Source: Pseudomonadales bacterium
GTDB lineage: Bacteria; Pseudomonadota; Gammaproteobacteria; Pseudomonadales; JAHRWD01
Assembly: GCA_019090315.1 (NCBI GenBank)
Contig: JAHRWD010000084.1
Coordinates: 387-64,386, forward strand
Direction: 5' to 3'
Length of the DNA stretch: 64,000 nucleotides
Within the stretch, counting starts at the first letter, position 1, and every line of letters starts with the position of its first letter. The notes under the pieces are model-generated. The model had not been told where the DNA came from, did no database searches, and worked only from the letters and a program-made list of their open reading frames with translations. Shown here piece by piece: positions 20,161-31,464 of this stretch. The position numbers were made by a program, and so were the translations under genes.

Positions 20161-21185
20161 CGATCACCGCCGGCGAACCCGCCGGCATTGGTGCTGACCT
20201 GATTCTGGCCATTGCCCAGGACCCTGCGCTCTGGATGCCAATTTCGAACGGCGAGGCCACTGTTTATGAGCTGGTGGTGGTAGCGGATGCTGATCTGTTG
20301 AGAGACAGGGCTCAAGAACTGGGACTACCCATAAAGCTACGTAGGGTTCAGCATAGTGACCCGGTACAACCCAATTCAGCAGGGCAGATCAGTGTATTGC
20401 ATTGCCCAACGGCTACACCGGCAGTCGCAGGGCAACTGAATACCGCCAACGCCAAATATGTGCTGGAAACCCTTCGTATTGCCGCGCAAGGCTGTATGAA
20501 TGACCAGTTTTTTGCAATGGTCACAGCTCCGGTTAATAAAGCCGTGATTAACGATGCGGGTATCCCTTTTAGTGGTCATACCGAATTTCTAGAGCAGCTG
20601 ACCGGTGCCGATAAGGTGGTGATGTTGCTCACCGCGGAAAAAACCCAGACTACTCCGGCACTGCGGGTTGCACTGGCCACCACCCATCTACCGGTTTCTG
20701 AAGTAGCTAATGCGATTACCGCGGATGGCCTGAGACAGGTGCTGGGTATTCTTGCTCAATCACTACAAACCCAGTTCGGTATTTCTGATCCCTGCATACT
20801 AGTGGCTGGGCTGAATCCCCATGCGGGTGAAAGCGGTCATCTCGGTCGGGAAGAGATTGAAATTATCACACCGGTGCTGGATGAACTGCGGGATCAGGGT
20901 TTAAATCTGATCGGCCCGTTACCGGCGGATACCTTGTTTACTCCTCCGTACCTAGAGCAAGCGGATGCAGTATTGGCGATGTATCATGATCAAGGGCTAC
21001 CGGTACTGAAATATCTTGGCTTCGGGCGTGCGGTCAACATCACCCTGGGCTTACCGATTATTCGAACCTCGGTTGATCACGGTACTGCACTGGATCTGGC
21101 CGGCACCGGAAAAGCAGACTCAGGAAGTCTGATAGCTGCAATAAGGCAGGCACTTGAAATGGCGAACCATCTAACTAATGAATAA
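20157..21185 (+). CDS. pdxA: 4-hydroxythreonine-4-phosphate dehydrogenase PdxA (5' boundary unresolved)
   Basis: The conserved PdxA N-terminus [15 protein letters not shown] is encoded at 20163-20207, in frame with but upstream of the ORF-track ATG at 20235. The remainder is typical PdxA (GHTEFL, NPHAGE.GH.G.EE). There is no ATG/GTG/TTG between the in-frame stop at 20121 and the motif (see findings). Confidence 0.85.
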   Translation: MAITAGEPAGIGADLILAIAQDPALWMPISNGEATVYELVVVADADLLRDRAQELGLPIKLRRVQHSDPVQPNSAGQISVLHCPTATPAVAGQLNTANAKYVLETLRIAAQGCMNDQFFAMVTAPVNKAVINDAGIPFSGHTEFLEQLTGADKVVMLLTAEKTQTTPALRVALATTHLPVSEVANAITADGLRQVLGILAQSLQTQFGISDPCILVAGLNPHAGESGHLGREEIEIITPVLDELRDQGLNLIGPLPADTLFTPPYLEQADAVLAMYHDQGLPVLKYLGFGRAVNITLGLPIIRTSVDHGTALDLAGTGKADSGSLIAAIRQALEMANHLTNE

Positions 21186-22002
21186 TCCACCGGCACACAG
21201 GCCCAGAAAACGATTTGGCCAACATTTTTTGCGGGATGATGGCGTTATTCAGCACATTATCGATGAGATATTTCCGCGTTCCGGTGAACACATTGTTGAG
21301 ATCGGCCCAGGGGAGGGTGTGCTGACTACGCGATTAGCGCAGTCTGATATTCGACTTGATCTGGTTGAGATCGATCGTGATCTGATTACACACCTGGCTG
21401 AGCTTTTTCGTGACAATGCACAGGTCACTATCAATGAAGCCGATGCCCTGAAGTTTGATTTTTCGTCGCTTAAACAAGCTGATAAACCGATGCGGCTGGT
21501 GGGCAATCTGCCCTATAACATCTCCTCTCCTCTATTGTTACATCTTGCGAAATATGCAGATGATATTGCCGATATGCACTTTATGTTGCAGAAGGAGATG
21601 GTCGACCGGATGGCCTCCAAAGTGGGTGGTTCAAACTATGGCCGGTTCACGGTGATGATGCAGTATTACTTTGATATTGAATCGCTGTTTGATGTTTATC
21701 CGGATGCATTTAAGCCGCCCCCAAAAGTGATGTCCGCGGTTATACGAGTGGTCCCGCGAAAAACGCTGTTACCGCTGGCCGATGCCAAAGTGCTTGAGGA
21801 GCTGGTTAAACAAGCCTTTAGCCAGCGCCGAAAACAGATCCGCAATACCATTGGCAAGTGGTTCACTGCTGAACAACTGGCGGACTGTGGTGTAAATGAA
21901 AAAGACCGTCCCCAGCAGATTCCTGTCGAAGCCTATGTAAATCTTGCCAACGCACTGTTTAAACAAAGAGCCGCCAAGCAATCGCAGAGTGACGCTGAAT
22001 AG
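21178..22002 (+). CDS. rsmA: 16S rRNA (adenine1518/1519-N6)-dimethyltransferase RsmA/KsgA
   Basis: [16 protein letters not shown], and [10 protein letters not shown]. Confidence 0.9.
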   Translation: MNNPPAHRPRKRFGQHFLRDDGVIQHIIDEIFPRSGEHIVEIGPGEGVLTTRLAQSDIRLDLVEIDRDLITHLAELFRDNAQVTINEADALKFDFSSLKQADKPMRLVGNLPYNISSPLLLHLAKYADDIADMHFMLQKEMVDRMASKVGGSNYGRFTVMMQYYFDIESLFDVYPDAFKPPPKVMSAVIRVVPRKTLLPLADAKVLEELVKQAFSQRRKQIRNTIGKWFTAEQLADCGVNEKDRPQQIPVEAYVNLANALFKQRAAKQSQSDAE

Positions 22003-22005
22003 ATC

Positions 22006-22842
22006 ATGGCAACCTATGCGGTGGGTGATATTCAGGGTTGTTACCAGTCGTTGCAGCGATTACTGGAGCAAGTGAATTTTGACCCCGCCGCTGACCGATT
22101 ATGGGCGGTAGGTGATCTTGTAAACCGTGGCCCGGAGTCTCTCAATGTTCTTCGTTTTTTGAAATCACTGGGTTCACAGTTTACCGCCGTATTAGGCAAC
22201 CACGATCTGCACTTGCTAGCGCTCAGCGAAGGGATCAAAAACCCTGCCAAAGCACCGACCCTTCAACAAGTACTGCAAGCACCGGATTGTGCGGAGCTGC
22301 TGGATTGGCTCAGCCAATGGCCGTTGGTACATGCCGAGACGGTCAACGAATGTGACTACCTGATGGTGCATGCGGGTATCCCACAAAAATGGTCGATCAA
22401 AAAAACTCTGAAGCGAGCAGAAGAGGTGGCAGTGGTATTGCGGGGCGAGAACCGTGTGCGGTTTTTGCAGGAGATGTACGGTGATTTGCCTGATCAGTGG
22501 TACCGTGGAATAGAGGGCTATGATCGTCTTCGATTGATCACCAACAGCCTGACACGTATGCGTTTCAGCAATGCTGAAGGGGCGCTTGAATTAAAAACCA
22601 AGAGTGAAGCAGAAACGGCCCCTGATGGTTATCAACCCTGGTTTAGCTACCCTCGCAAATCGAATGAAAACACCCATATCATTTTTGGCCACTGGGCAGC
22701 CCTGGATGGTGATACCGGCGACTCGGTACTTAGCTCCAGAATACATGCACTGGATACCGGTTGTGTATGGGGAAAAACACTGACGATGATGCGGCTGGAG
22801 GATCGGCAGTTATTCTCGACGGATTGTGCCGAGAGGTTGTAG
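22006..22842 (+). CDS. apaH: symmetrical bis(5'-nucleosyl)-tetraphosphatase ApaH
   Basis: MATYAVGDIQGC..L..LL, GDLVNRGP, and GNHDLHLL metallophosphatase motifs. It starts 3 nt after rsmA, with no apaG between them. Confidence 0.9.
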   Translation: MATYAVGDIQGCYQSLQRLLEQVNFDPAADRLWAVGDLVNRGPESLNVLRFLKSLGSQFTAVLGNHDLHLLALSEGIKNPAKAPTLQQVLQAPDCAELLDWLSQWPLVHAETVNECDYLMVHAGIPQKWSIKKTLKRAEEVAVVLRGENRVRFLQEMYGDLPDQWYRGIEGYDRLRLITNSLTRMRFSNAEGALELKTKSEAETAPDGYQPWFSYPRKSNENTHIIFGHWAALDGDTGDSVLSSRIHALDTGCVWGKTLTMMRLEDRQLFSTDCAERL

Positions 22843-22847
22843 CTCAG

Positions 22848-23150
22848 CTAATCTCTGTTTTCGTACACGCTTGTATAGTGCTCTACTTCCGGAAATGGAT
22901 CATAGAAATGATGAAGTAATGCACGCCACTGCTGATACTGTTCAGACTTCCTGAAACCAACCGTATGATCCTCAAGGTGCTGCCAGTTCACCAACAGAAT
23001 GTAGCGGTTGGGTTTTTCGATACAGTTTTGTAGTTGGTGAGATAGATAGCCGGGCATGCTGGCGATAATCTCCTGGGCTTCCCCAAAAGCCTGCTCGAAA
23101 GCGGTTTCATCGCCGGCTTTTACATCAAGAATGGCTACTTCTAGTATCAT
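22848..23150 (-). CDS. antibiotic-biosynthesis-monooxygenase (ABM/Dabb fold) domain protein
   Basis: 100 aa with the ferredoxin-like ABM pattern (MILEVAILDVKAG..., W..LEDH..FR.S). Confidence 0.6.
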   Translation of the reverse strand: MILEVAILDVKAGDETAFEQAFGEAQEIIASMPGYLSHQLQNCIEKPNRYILLVNWQHLEDHTVGFRKSEQYQQWRALLHHFYDPFPEVEHYTSVYENRD

Positions 23151-23183
23151 CTGGAGCGCTCCGATTTTATCCCTTCACAGGCC

Positions 23184-24521
23184 CTACGCAAAGTTTCGCA
23201 TTAGCAAGCAGTAGTCAGAATCATCATCCAGTTCGACCGGTATCCGTACCTGATGGCCTGAGCCGGGGGCAACCTGCATCGCTTCGCCCCTCAGGTTTTC
23301 GATTGCTGTAAGCTCAAAATTTCTATTACCGCTGGGTGTCATCAGCTCTAGTGAATCTCCCACGGAAAAACGGTTCTTCACTTCAATGGTCAGAAAATCA
23401 CGATTCCGGTCGATGATCTCGCCGACAAACTGCTGCTTGCTAGCGGTCGAGTTGCCCTGCTCATAGTTCTGGTACTGGTCATGTACATGGCGTCGGTAGA
23501 AACCCTCGGTATAACCGCGGCTCGCCAGCTTTTCCAGGTCGTCCATCAATGTCATATCAAAGGGTTTGTTCTGTGTGGCATCATCAATTGCCCTTCGGTA
23601 AAGCTGCGCGGTTCGTGCTGCGTAGTAATGGGATTTGGTGCGGCCCTCGATTTTCAGCGAGTCGATACCGATATCCACGAACTGCTGAACGTGCTGAATG
23701 GCCCGAAGATCCTTCGAATTCATGATATAGGTGCCGTGCTCATCTTCAAATGCAGGCATATATTGATCGGCGCGACCCGCTTCCTGCAGAAGGTAGATTT
23801 CATCGGTAGTCGGGCCTGCTCCAAGCTGTGGCTCGACCGCAACAGGCTCTGCCAGCTGAACCATGTTATCGCTCTGTTTGGCGATAATATCCCCCGATGC
23901 GGTTTGTTCTGCATCATGGGCCTGATACTTCCAGCGGCAGGCGTTGGTGCAGGCACCCTGATTGGAATCCCGGTGATTGATATAGCCCGACAGCAAGCAG
24001 CGGCCAGAGTAGGCGATACAAAGCGCACCGTGAACAAATAGCTCCAGTTCAATATCGGGGCACTCCTGTCGAATCTCCTTGATCTCATCAAGGGATAGCT
24101 CCCGTGACAGGATGATCCGTTTCACACCCAGCTGCTGCCAGAATTTTACCGAGGCAAAGTTCACCACATTGGATTGAACAGAAAGATGCACCGGCACTTC
24201 TGGCCAACGCTCCCGCACCATCATGATCAAGCCGGGGTCAGACATAATTAACGCATCTGGGCCCAGTTCAATGATCGGTTCCAGATCGGCCATAAAGGTT
24301 TTAACCTTTCCGTTATGGGGTGCAATGTTGTTGACGAGATAAAATAGTTTGCCCTGACGGTGGGCTTCTTCGATACCAACGGCCAGGTTGGCCAGGTTGA
24401 ATTCGTTGTTTCTTACCCGCAGGCTATAGCGTGGCTGCCCGGCGTACACAGCATCGGCGCCATACGCATAGGCGAATCGCATGCTCTTTAGAGAGCCGGC
24501 AGGGGATAGTAGTTCGGTCAT
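23184..24521 (-). CDS. trhP: U32-family protein, YegQ/TrhP-type tRNA U34 hydroxylation factor
   Basis: Near-colinear with E. coli YegQ as I recall it (ELLSPAG.LK.MR.A.AYGADAVYAGQPRYSLRVRNNEF, FVHGALC.AYSGRCLLSGYIN.RD.NQG.CTNACRW, EDEHGTYIMNSKDLRAI, LKIEGRTKS.YY.ARTAQ.YR.AIDDA). Confidence 0.85.
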   Translation of the reverse strand: MTELLSPAGSLKSMRFAYAYGADAVYAGQPRYSLRVRNNEFNLANLAVGIEEAHRQGKLFYLVNNIAPHNGKVKTFMADLEPIIELGPDALIMSDPGLIMMVRERWPEVPVHLSVQSNVVNFASVKFWQQLGVKRIILSRELSLDEIKEIRQECPDIELELFVHGALCIAYSGRCLLSGYINHRDSNQGACTNACRWKYQAHDAEQTASGDIIAKQSDNMVQLAEPVAVEPQLGAGPTTDEIYLLQEAGRADQYMPAFEDEHGTYIMNSKDLRAIQHVQQFVDIGIDSLKIEGRTKSHYYAARTAQLYRRAIDDATQNKPFDMTLMDDLEKLASRGYTEGFYRRHVHDQYQNYEQGNSTASKQQFVGEIIDRNRDFLTIEVKNRFSVGDSLELMTPSGNRNFELTAIENLRGEAMQVAPGSGHQVRIPVELDDDSDYCLLMRNFA

Positions 24522-24708
24522 GGTTGTATCAGGTTACCCGGGGTTTTAGCAGAGTTGCAGAAAGGCTCAGTATATTACATGTAGACGGTGAACTCCGGTG
24601 ATGCGAAGGAATAAATTGGCCTGTATCACTGTGTTTTTATAGCGCAAGCGTATAGACTAGCGGCAACTTATATCAGAATAACAAAACTCAAATCTTGTAC
24701 GTGAGGAA

Positions 24709-25311
24709 ATGATGACAACAGCCAATTTAAGCAAAGGGGATGAGTTCGTAATTGGTAAGCCTGGAAATGATACGCTTGCTACGGTTTCAGTCGGTCTTGG
24801 CTGGGATGTGAGCGAAATCAAAAAGAAAGGGATTTTTGGTCTTGGCGGTGGGAAAAAAGAAGCGGCAGTTGATCTCGACGCATCATGCTTGCTGTTTGAT
24901 ACAGACAAAAATTTGACTGATCAGGTTTCGTTTCAGCAGCTAAATTCCAAGTGTCGCTCTGTTGTACATACCGGCGACAATAAAAGTGGTGATGCGCCGG
25001 GCGCGGATGAAGTAATTAATGTGAACCTGTCTAAAATACCTGAAGATGTAGGTGCACTGGTTTTTACTGTGAACTGCTTTTCAGAATTGAGCTTTGATCA
25101 AATTACAGCAGCGTTTATCTCTATATTCGATACCGTAACCAATCAGGAAGTAGCACGATTTGACCTTTCTATGGATGGTGGTGCCCGTACGGGTTTGATC
25201 GTCGGTAAGTTGTATCGAAAAGGGGATGAGTGGGTATTTCAGGCGATCGAGAAATTCGAAGATGGCCATACTTACGTTAAGCTAGTTCCCGCAATCAAAG
25301 AGTTGCTATAG
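24709..25311 (+). CDS. TerD-domain stress protein
   Basis: 200 aa with a single TerD domain pattern (VGLGWD, DLDASCLLFD, GDN.SGD..G.DE.I.V.L..IP, FTVN). Confidence 0.8.
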   Translation: MMTTANLSKGDEFVIGKPGNDTLATVSVGLGWDVSEIKKKGIFGLGGGKKEAAVDLDASCLLFDTDKNLTDQVSFQQLNSKCRSVVHTGDNKSGDAPGADEVINVNLSKIPEDVGALVFTVNCFSELSFDQITAAFISIFDTVTNQEVARFDLSMDGGARTGLIVGKLYRKGDEWVFQAIEKFEDGHTYVKLVPAIKELL

Positions 25312-25367
25312 AAAAAATTGCCTGGGTCTGAGCACTGCTCAGACGGTTTGTCTGGTGATAGATTTGG

Positions 25368-25401
25368 AAAAGGTGATGGGATGGCCCCATCACCTTTTTT
25401 T
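25368..25401. terminator. Bidirectional rho-independent terminator between terD-like gene and kdsA
   Basis: The stem ggtgatggg (25372-25380) pairs with cccatcacc (25386-25394). It is flanked by A4 upstream and T7 downstream (25395-25401). Confidence 0.7.
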
Positions 25402-25412
25402 GTGCCTTAAAC

Positions 25413-26460
<1,048 letters not shown>

Positions 26461-26552
26461 GTAACCAATCAGGTTACGCCTGAATTGTGACTATTTGTTG
26501 AGTAGTCACAGTTTCGCTTAGTCTAAACGGTGCCGATATGTTCCTGCTGGAA

Positions 26553-27158
26553 TCATCCTTTTGTAATGATCTGGTGCTGTTTAAGGTAGCCAACAATCTG
26601 TTCAACGCACTCATCAACCGTATGAGTAGCGGTGTTTACGCTAATTTCAGCATCTTCCGGGCGTTCATAGACTGAATCGATTCCGGTAAAATTGCGGATC
26701 TCACCACTGCGTGCTTTTTTATATAGCCCCTTGGGGTCTCTGCGTTCGCATTCATCCAGTGGCGTATCCATAAACACCTCGATGAATTCGCTCTGCTCCA
26801 GAAGCCCACGTACCATTTGACGGTCAGCGCGAAACGGTGAAATAAAGGCAGACAGGACGATAAGACCGGCATCAACAAATAGCTTTGATGCTTCGCCGAT
26901 ACGGCGGATATTCTCGACACGATCCCGGTCGGAAAATCCCAGATCCTTGTTCAGTCCGTGGCGTACATTATCCCCATCGAGAAGATAGGTATGGTGACCC
27001 ATTGCAAATAGTTTCTGCTCAAGTGCGCCGGCGATGGTTGATTTTCCCGATCCACTAAGCCCGGTGAACCAGAGTAAGCAGGGTTTCTGTTGCTTGTGTT
27101 CTGCACGTGATGGCTTATCCACGTTATGGGCGTGCCAAACGATGTTTTCATTGCTCAT
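26553..27158 (-). CDS. cysC: adenylyl-sulfate kinase CysC
   Basis: 201 aa; [13 protein letters not shown]-loop, [11 protein letters not shown], and FISPF. Confidence 0.9.
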   Translation of the reverse strand: MSNENIVWHAHNVDKPSRAEHKQQKPCLLWFTGLSGSGKSTIAGALEQKLFAMGHHTYLLDGDNVRHGLNKDLGFSDRDRVENIRRIGEASKLFVDAGLIVLSAFISPFRADRQMVRGLLEQSEFIEVFMDTPLDECERRDPKGLYKKARSGEIRNFTGIDSVYERPEDAEISVNTATHTVDECVEQIVGYLKQHQIITKG

Positions 27159-27412
27159 AAATCTATAGACCTTTTCGAGTGATTCATGCGGTGATAACTA
27201 ACAGTCTGTGTGAGTATAGTATTTCTTTCGTTGTGATTTGAATTGCTAGAATCCCTCGGGAATACTGAGTTCAATGAATATACAGGTTGACGATGGGGCT
27301 GCGCTAAACAATCAATTAAGTTTCGATTGGCAGTGAAAGTTATGGCGAACTATTTTCAAGTTTGATGACAAGGGTTTTGGTTTACAGGTTCAACCGGTAA
27401 ATCGAGTGGCCG

Positions 27413-28222
27413 TTACGGCGTAGGGCTCGCATCAAGTTGTTTCTCTAATTTGGCTACGGTTTTCATAAGTTTGTCTAATGCACGATTGGTTTGTACACGG
27501 AAGGAGTCGATGGCGACAATAGCTTCCTCGTTGCTCTGTATTTTTTGATTCACGGCGGTCAGGTTTGTCGGCTTTTTCTGTTTGGATAGTGTATTGATCT
27601 GTTTTCGAAGTTTGGCGATTTCAGAGGTAAGTTCTTTAACTGATTTATCAACAGACTGTGATGTTTCCGCGACTTTCAACTCCTGAGTAGTATCCGCCTT
27701 GTTGCTTTGAGCAGTAGCGGTAGCGAGTTTTTTGCTGAGGTTTTTGCCGTTGGCTACTGCGGTATCGATGGATTTTTTATTGGTTGATATCAGCTTGCGC
27801 TGTTTTTTGTAGTTGCCCCACAGTTTACGAATTTCTGAATCATATAGTTTCAATTTGCTCTGTACTGATCCATCGGAGGTGTTAAGAGCCTGATCCGTTA
27901 ACTCCAGCTGTTCATTAACTTCTGTCAGGGTGGACAGTGTGGAAAATAGCTTCCCTTCAGCCGTTGTAAACTGGTTTTCCAGTGTTGTGATTTTCGTGTA
28001 TCCCCAGTAACTACCTCCGCCGAGGGCGGCGATCAACACGACAATAATCAGGTACAGGCCGGTATTGCTGTGTGCAGTTGTTCCACTTGATGAGTAGCGG
28101 TTCCCACCTTTGCGACGCTGGAATGAGGCGACCTCATCCGTGGCGGGAGCCATGGAGTGTGCAGGTTTTTTTGTTGGTTGCCTGTGTGGCCCTGGTGCAG
28201 AAGTGGTTTTTTTTGGTGGCAT
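27413..28222 (-). CDS. hypothetical single-pass membrane protein with basic N-terminus and long coiled-coil ectodomain
   Basis: 269 aa. The N-terminus is Pro/Lys-rich (MPPKKTTSAPGPHRQPTKKP), followed by one TM helix (LYLIIVVLIAALGGG). The rest is heptad-like and K/E/Q/L-rich. I recognise no family. Confidence 0.5.
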   Translation of the reverse strand: MPPKKTTSAPGPHRQPTKKPAHSMAPATDEVASFQRRKGGNRYSSSGTTAHSNTGLYLIIVVLIAALGGGSYWGYTKITTLENQFTTAEGKLFSTLSTLTEVNEQLELTDQALNTSDGSVQSKLKLYDSEIRKLWGNYKKQRKLISTNKKSIDTAVANGKNLSKKLATATAQSNKADTTQELKVAETSQSVDKSVKELTSEIAKLRKQINTLSKQKKPTNLTAVNQKIQSNEEAIVAIDSFRVQTNRALDKLMKTVAKLEKQLDASPTP

Positions 28223-28329
28223 GTTGTGCTGAATAATAACTACTAAGTGGTCAATGGATGGAGTTTACGTTTTTTAAACCGGCGGTTCAGAATTTACTGC
28301 ATCTGAACCGCCCAATCATACCGGACAAT

Positions 28330-30012
28330 TTAGGCTTTTTCAGCCGCAAGTGTTGCAGTAATTTCCTTTCGCAACTGTGGTTTGAGGATTTTACCCACCG
28401 GGTTTCGTGGAATCGCTTCGGCCCGCTCAACGCGTTCGGGTAGTTTGTAGACTGCGGTACCGATCTCTTTCATAAAGTCGGTGAGCTCCTTCAACTCCGG
28501 CATGTTGTCCGGGTCTTTGGGAACTACGTATACACAGGTACGTTCACCCAGTACTTCATCGGGCATACCCACTGCAGCGACATCCAGTACCTTTTCATGA
28601 CCCTGCAACAGGTTCTCGATCTCCTGTGCGCTGATGTTGTTGCCGCCGCGGATGATGATATCTTTGCAGCGATCGAAGAAGCTGATGTACCCACCATCTT
28701 CTATTTTGAACAGGTCGCCGGTGTAGAAATAGCCTTCGTCATCAAAGCTCTCGGCATTGATATCTTCACGTTTGAAATATCCGGGGAATACGTTCGGGCC
28801 TTTATAGGCCAGTTGGCCTACCTGTCCGATTTCGGTAAGTGTTTCGCCGGTGTTGTTATCGACAATTTTTGTATCGACATTTTTGATCAGCCAGTCCCGA
28901 CTTTTATCACCATAGTTTGGATAGAAACGAGCGCGCTTTTCCATATCTTCAATATCATCGACCCCCACCATCAGCGCGGTACCTTCGGTCTGGCCCCAGC
29001 CGCAGGAGATGTCAATATCCCAGCGTCGTTTGAACTCCTTTAGCGCCCATACCGAGGGTGGTGCAGAGCCGGTCATTACCCGTCGTAACGAGCTCAGGTC
29101 AAACTGATCCGAGTTGGGGTGTTTCAGAATCATATTCAGTACCGTGGGCACGAATATGGTTCGGGTGGCTTTTTCATCCGATACTTGCTTGATGCACATT
29201 TCGACATCAAGGGGGTGGTGCATTAACAGCGTGCCGCCGCTGAGTAACCACAGGATCAGACCAATACCGACTCCGGTCATATTCACGATAGGGGCACAGC
29301 AGAGGATGGTTTCCTGATCATGGGATTCCCCGATGACTGCGTTGTGCATAATTTGTCCCTGCACAAACCAGTTGTTGTGGCTCATCGGGCAGCCCTTGGG
29401 GTGGGATTCGGTACCCGATGACCAGCACAGGGTATAGGTATCGTTGGCATCAATCGGGATCTGGTCAAGCAGGTCAGTATTGGCCGCTCCTTGCGTCATC
29501 TCACGGATTTTGTCCAGCGTAATAATTTTAGTCAGTGCAGGCAGATTGGCCTGGCATTTCTGCGCCATCGCGACATGGTTGAACCGGCCAAATTTTTCAA
29601 CCGTGATCATAATTTTTGCTTCGGTCAGCCCGGCGATATACTCCAATTCAGAGTTTCGCCACTGTACCGGCATAGGTGCAAACACGGCTCCGACGCGGGT
29701 GATGGCCATATAGGTGATGATCAGCTCCATGGTATTGGGGAGCTGAACCACGATAATGTCATCCTTCCCCACCTGGTGCTGCTCGATCAGCGCTGTTGCG
29801 AGTGCATCAACTCTGGTGACAAGTTCGCTATAGGTGATTCGTTCCTCGGGATACCCAACCAGATCCATTTTGTTGGGTGGGTCAATCAATGCGATGACAT
29901 CGGGTTTTTCTGCGGCATTACTTCTGAAACGGTCGAGGAATGTCTCGGTTCCCCAATCACCGCGAGCGGTATAGTGGTCAATATCAGTCTGCGAAGCAAA
30001 AATCATCAGCAA
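28330..30012 (-). CDS. AMP-dependent acyl-CoA synthetase/ligase (ANL superfamily)
   Basis: 560 aa; WSSGTESHPKG AMP-binding motif, YFYTGD, and ..RGG.NI motifs. Confidence 0.8.
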   Translation of the reverse strand: MLMIFASQTDIDHYTARGDWGTETFLDRFRSNAAEKPDVIALIDPPNKMDLVGYPEERITYSELVTRVDALATALIEQHQVGKDDIIVVQLPNTMELIITYMAITRVGAVFAPMPVQWRNSELEYIAGLTEAKIMITVEKFGRFNHVAMAQKCQANLPALTKIITLDKIREMTQGAANTDLLDQIPIDANDTYTLCWSSGTESHPKGCPMSHNNWFVQGQIMHNAVIGESHDQETILCCAPIVNMTGVGIGLILWLLSGGTLLMHHPLDVEMCIKQVSDEKATRTIFVPTVLNMILKHPNSDQFDLSSLRRVMTGSAPPSVWALKEFKRRWDIDISCGWGQTEGTALMVGVDDIEDMEKRARFYPNYGDKSRDWLIKNVDTKIVDNNTGETLTEIGQVGQLAYKGPNVFPGYFKREDINAESFDDEGYFYTGDLFKIEDGGYISFFDRCKDIIIRGGNNISAQEIENLLQGHEKVLDVAAVGMPDEVLGERTCVYVVPKDPDNMPELKELTDFMKEIGTAVYKLPERVERAEAIPRNPVGKILKPQLRKEITATLAAEKA

Positions 30013-30174
30013 TCTCTCTTGGTATTATTATCGATTGAAATGGCATTCGAGACTGCGACTTAGCGTCGATTTTGTCAAGTTTCGAATGGATGATGGACGT
30101 TAAAAATAGTGAATACAATCGCTAAGCGGTATCATGCACGCTGTTTAAAATAGCCCGCCAGGAATGCTGAATCG

Positions 30175-31329
30175 ATGTCTGAATTTACCCCCGCTGAACT
30201 CACTACCGTTATTTCATTGGCGGAGGATCTGTTGTCTCGACCATCGGTCACACCAAAGGACGAAGGCTGCCAGCAATTAATTGCCGACCAGCTTTCAGCT
30301 GCTGGTTTTTCTATTGAGCATATGCGATTCGGTGATGTTGATAACATCTGGGCACGACGGGGAAACCAGTCGCCCTTATTCGTATTTCTTGGGCATACCG
30401 ACGTGGTGCCGGTAGGAGATGAAGCAGCCTGGGATACTCCACCATTTGAGCCAACCATTGAAGGTGCCCGTTTAACCGCCCGTGGTGCTGCGGATATGAA
30501 GGGAAGTGTGGCTGCAATGATCGTGGCGATGGAAAAATTTGCCGAGCAACATCCGGATCATATCGGCTCAATGGCGATGCTATTGACCAGCGATGAAGAG
30601 GGCCCTGCGACAGATGGTACCATCCGGGTTATCGAGACCCTTCAGGCGCGTGGTGAGCAGATTGACTGGTGCCTGGTAGGGGAGCCGTCCAGTACCGATA
30701 AAGTAGGCGATGTGGTGAAGGCTGGCCGACGCGGATCACTCGGGGCAGAGTTGACGGTTAAGGGTATTCAGGGCCACGTTGCCTATCCGCACCTGGCTGA
30801 AAACCCCATTCATAACGTAGCGCCTGTGCTTGCCAAATTGGCCGATGAAACATGGGATGCGGGCAATGAGTTTTTCCCGGCCACCAGTTTTCAAATCTCC
30901 AATATTAACTCTGGCACCGGTGTAACCAATGTGATCCCCGGTGACGTAAAGGTGGTATTCAATTTCCGGTTTTCTACCGAGCAAACCCCGGACCTGTTAA
31001 AGCAGCGCACTGAAAAAATGTTCGCTGAATTTGGGCTCAATTATGAGATCGACTGGGTCGTAAATGGCATGCCGTTTTTAACCAGTGATGGTCCGCTGGT
31101 TGAGGCAGTAGTGTCTGGTATTAAAACCATTACAGGTCTGGATACGGAGCTATCTACCGCCGGTGGAACCTCTGATGGACGTTTTGTAGCACCAACCGGC
31201 GCAGCAGTGGTTGAGCTAGGACCCTGTAACGCGACCATCCACAAAGTCAATGAGTGGGTGGATACAGAGGATCTTAAAACACTGACAGAGATCTATTTTG
31301 AGGTGCTGCGAAACTTGCTAGCAAAATAA
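30175..31329 (+). CDS. dapE: succinyl-diaminopimelate desuccinylase DapE
   Basis: 384 aa M20 peptidase; [16 protein letters not shown], and TSDEEG motifs. Confidence 0.9.
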   Translation: MSEFTPAELTTVISLAEDLLSRPSVTPKDEGCQQLIADQLSAAGFSIEHMRFGDVDNIWARRGNQSPLFVFLGHTDVVPVGDEAAWDTPPFEPTIEGARLTARGAADMKGSVAAMIVAMEKFAEQHPDHIGSMAMLLTSDEEGPATDGTIRVIETLQARGEQIDWCLVGEPSSTDKVGDVVKAGRRGSLGAELTVKGIQGHVAYPHLAENPIHNVAPVLAKLADETWDAGNEFFPATSFQISNINSGTGVTNVIPGDVKVVFNFRFSTEQTPDLLKQRTEKMFAEFGLNYEIDWVVNGMPFLTSDGPLVEAVVSGIKTITGLDTELSTAGGTSDGRFVAPTGAAVVELGPCNATIHKVNEWVDTEDLKTLTEIYFEVLRNLLAK

Positions 31330-31408
31330 CAGGCTGAGGGATTTGGCTTGTTCAGGCTGGATGCGAAAAGAGAACAAGAAGTTGTGTTTGTTGCGAAGGT
31401 GATGAGCT

Positions 31409-31448
31409 AAAAAACCAGGGCCTCATCTGGGAGAGGCCCTGGTTTTTC
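31409..31448. terminator. Bidirectional rho-independent terminator between dapE and PEP-CTERM gene
   Basis: aaaaaa-ccagggcctc (31415-31424) pairs with gaggccctgg (31433-31442), followed by ttttt. Confidence 0.7.
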
Positions 31449-31464
31449 GGAAGTGCTGCTAGCT

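Noticed and set aside
23481-24041. ORF 23481..24041 (+, 186 aa) and ORF 23720..24091 (-, 123 aa) inside trhP.
   Set aside because: They are antisense or alternate-frame shadows of a strongly conserved gene, with low-complexity Arg/Ala/Cys-rich translations.
28281-28312. 11-bp stem hairpin (ggcggttcaga / tctgaaccgcc) downstream of the acyl-CoA synthetase gene, considered as a terminator.
   Set aside because: There is no U-run following it on the minus strand; the T-run lies on the wrong side. I did not list it as a terminator.
29491-30063. ORF 29491..30063 (+, 190 aa), plus 28597..29043 and 29444..29713, antisense to the acyl-CoA synthetase.
   Set aside because: They are shadow ORFs opposite a gene with clear ANL-superfamily motifs.
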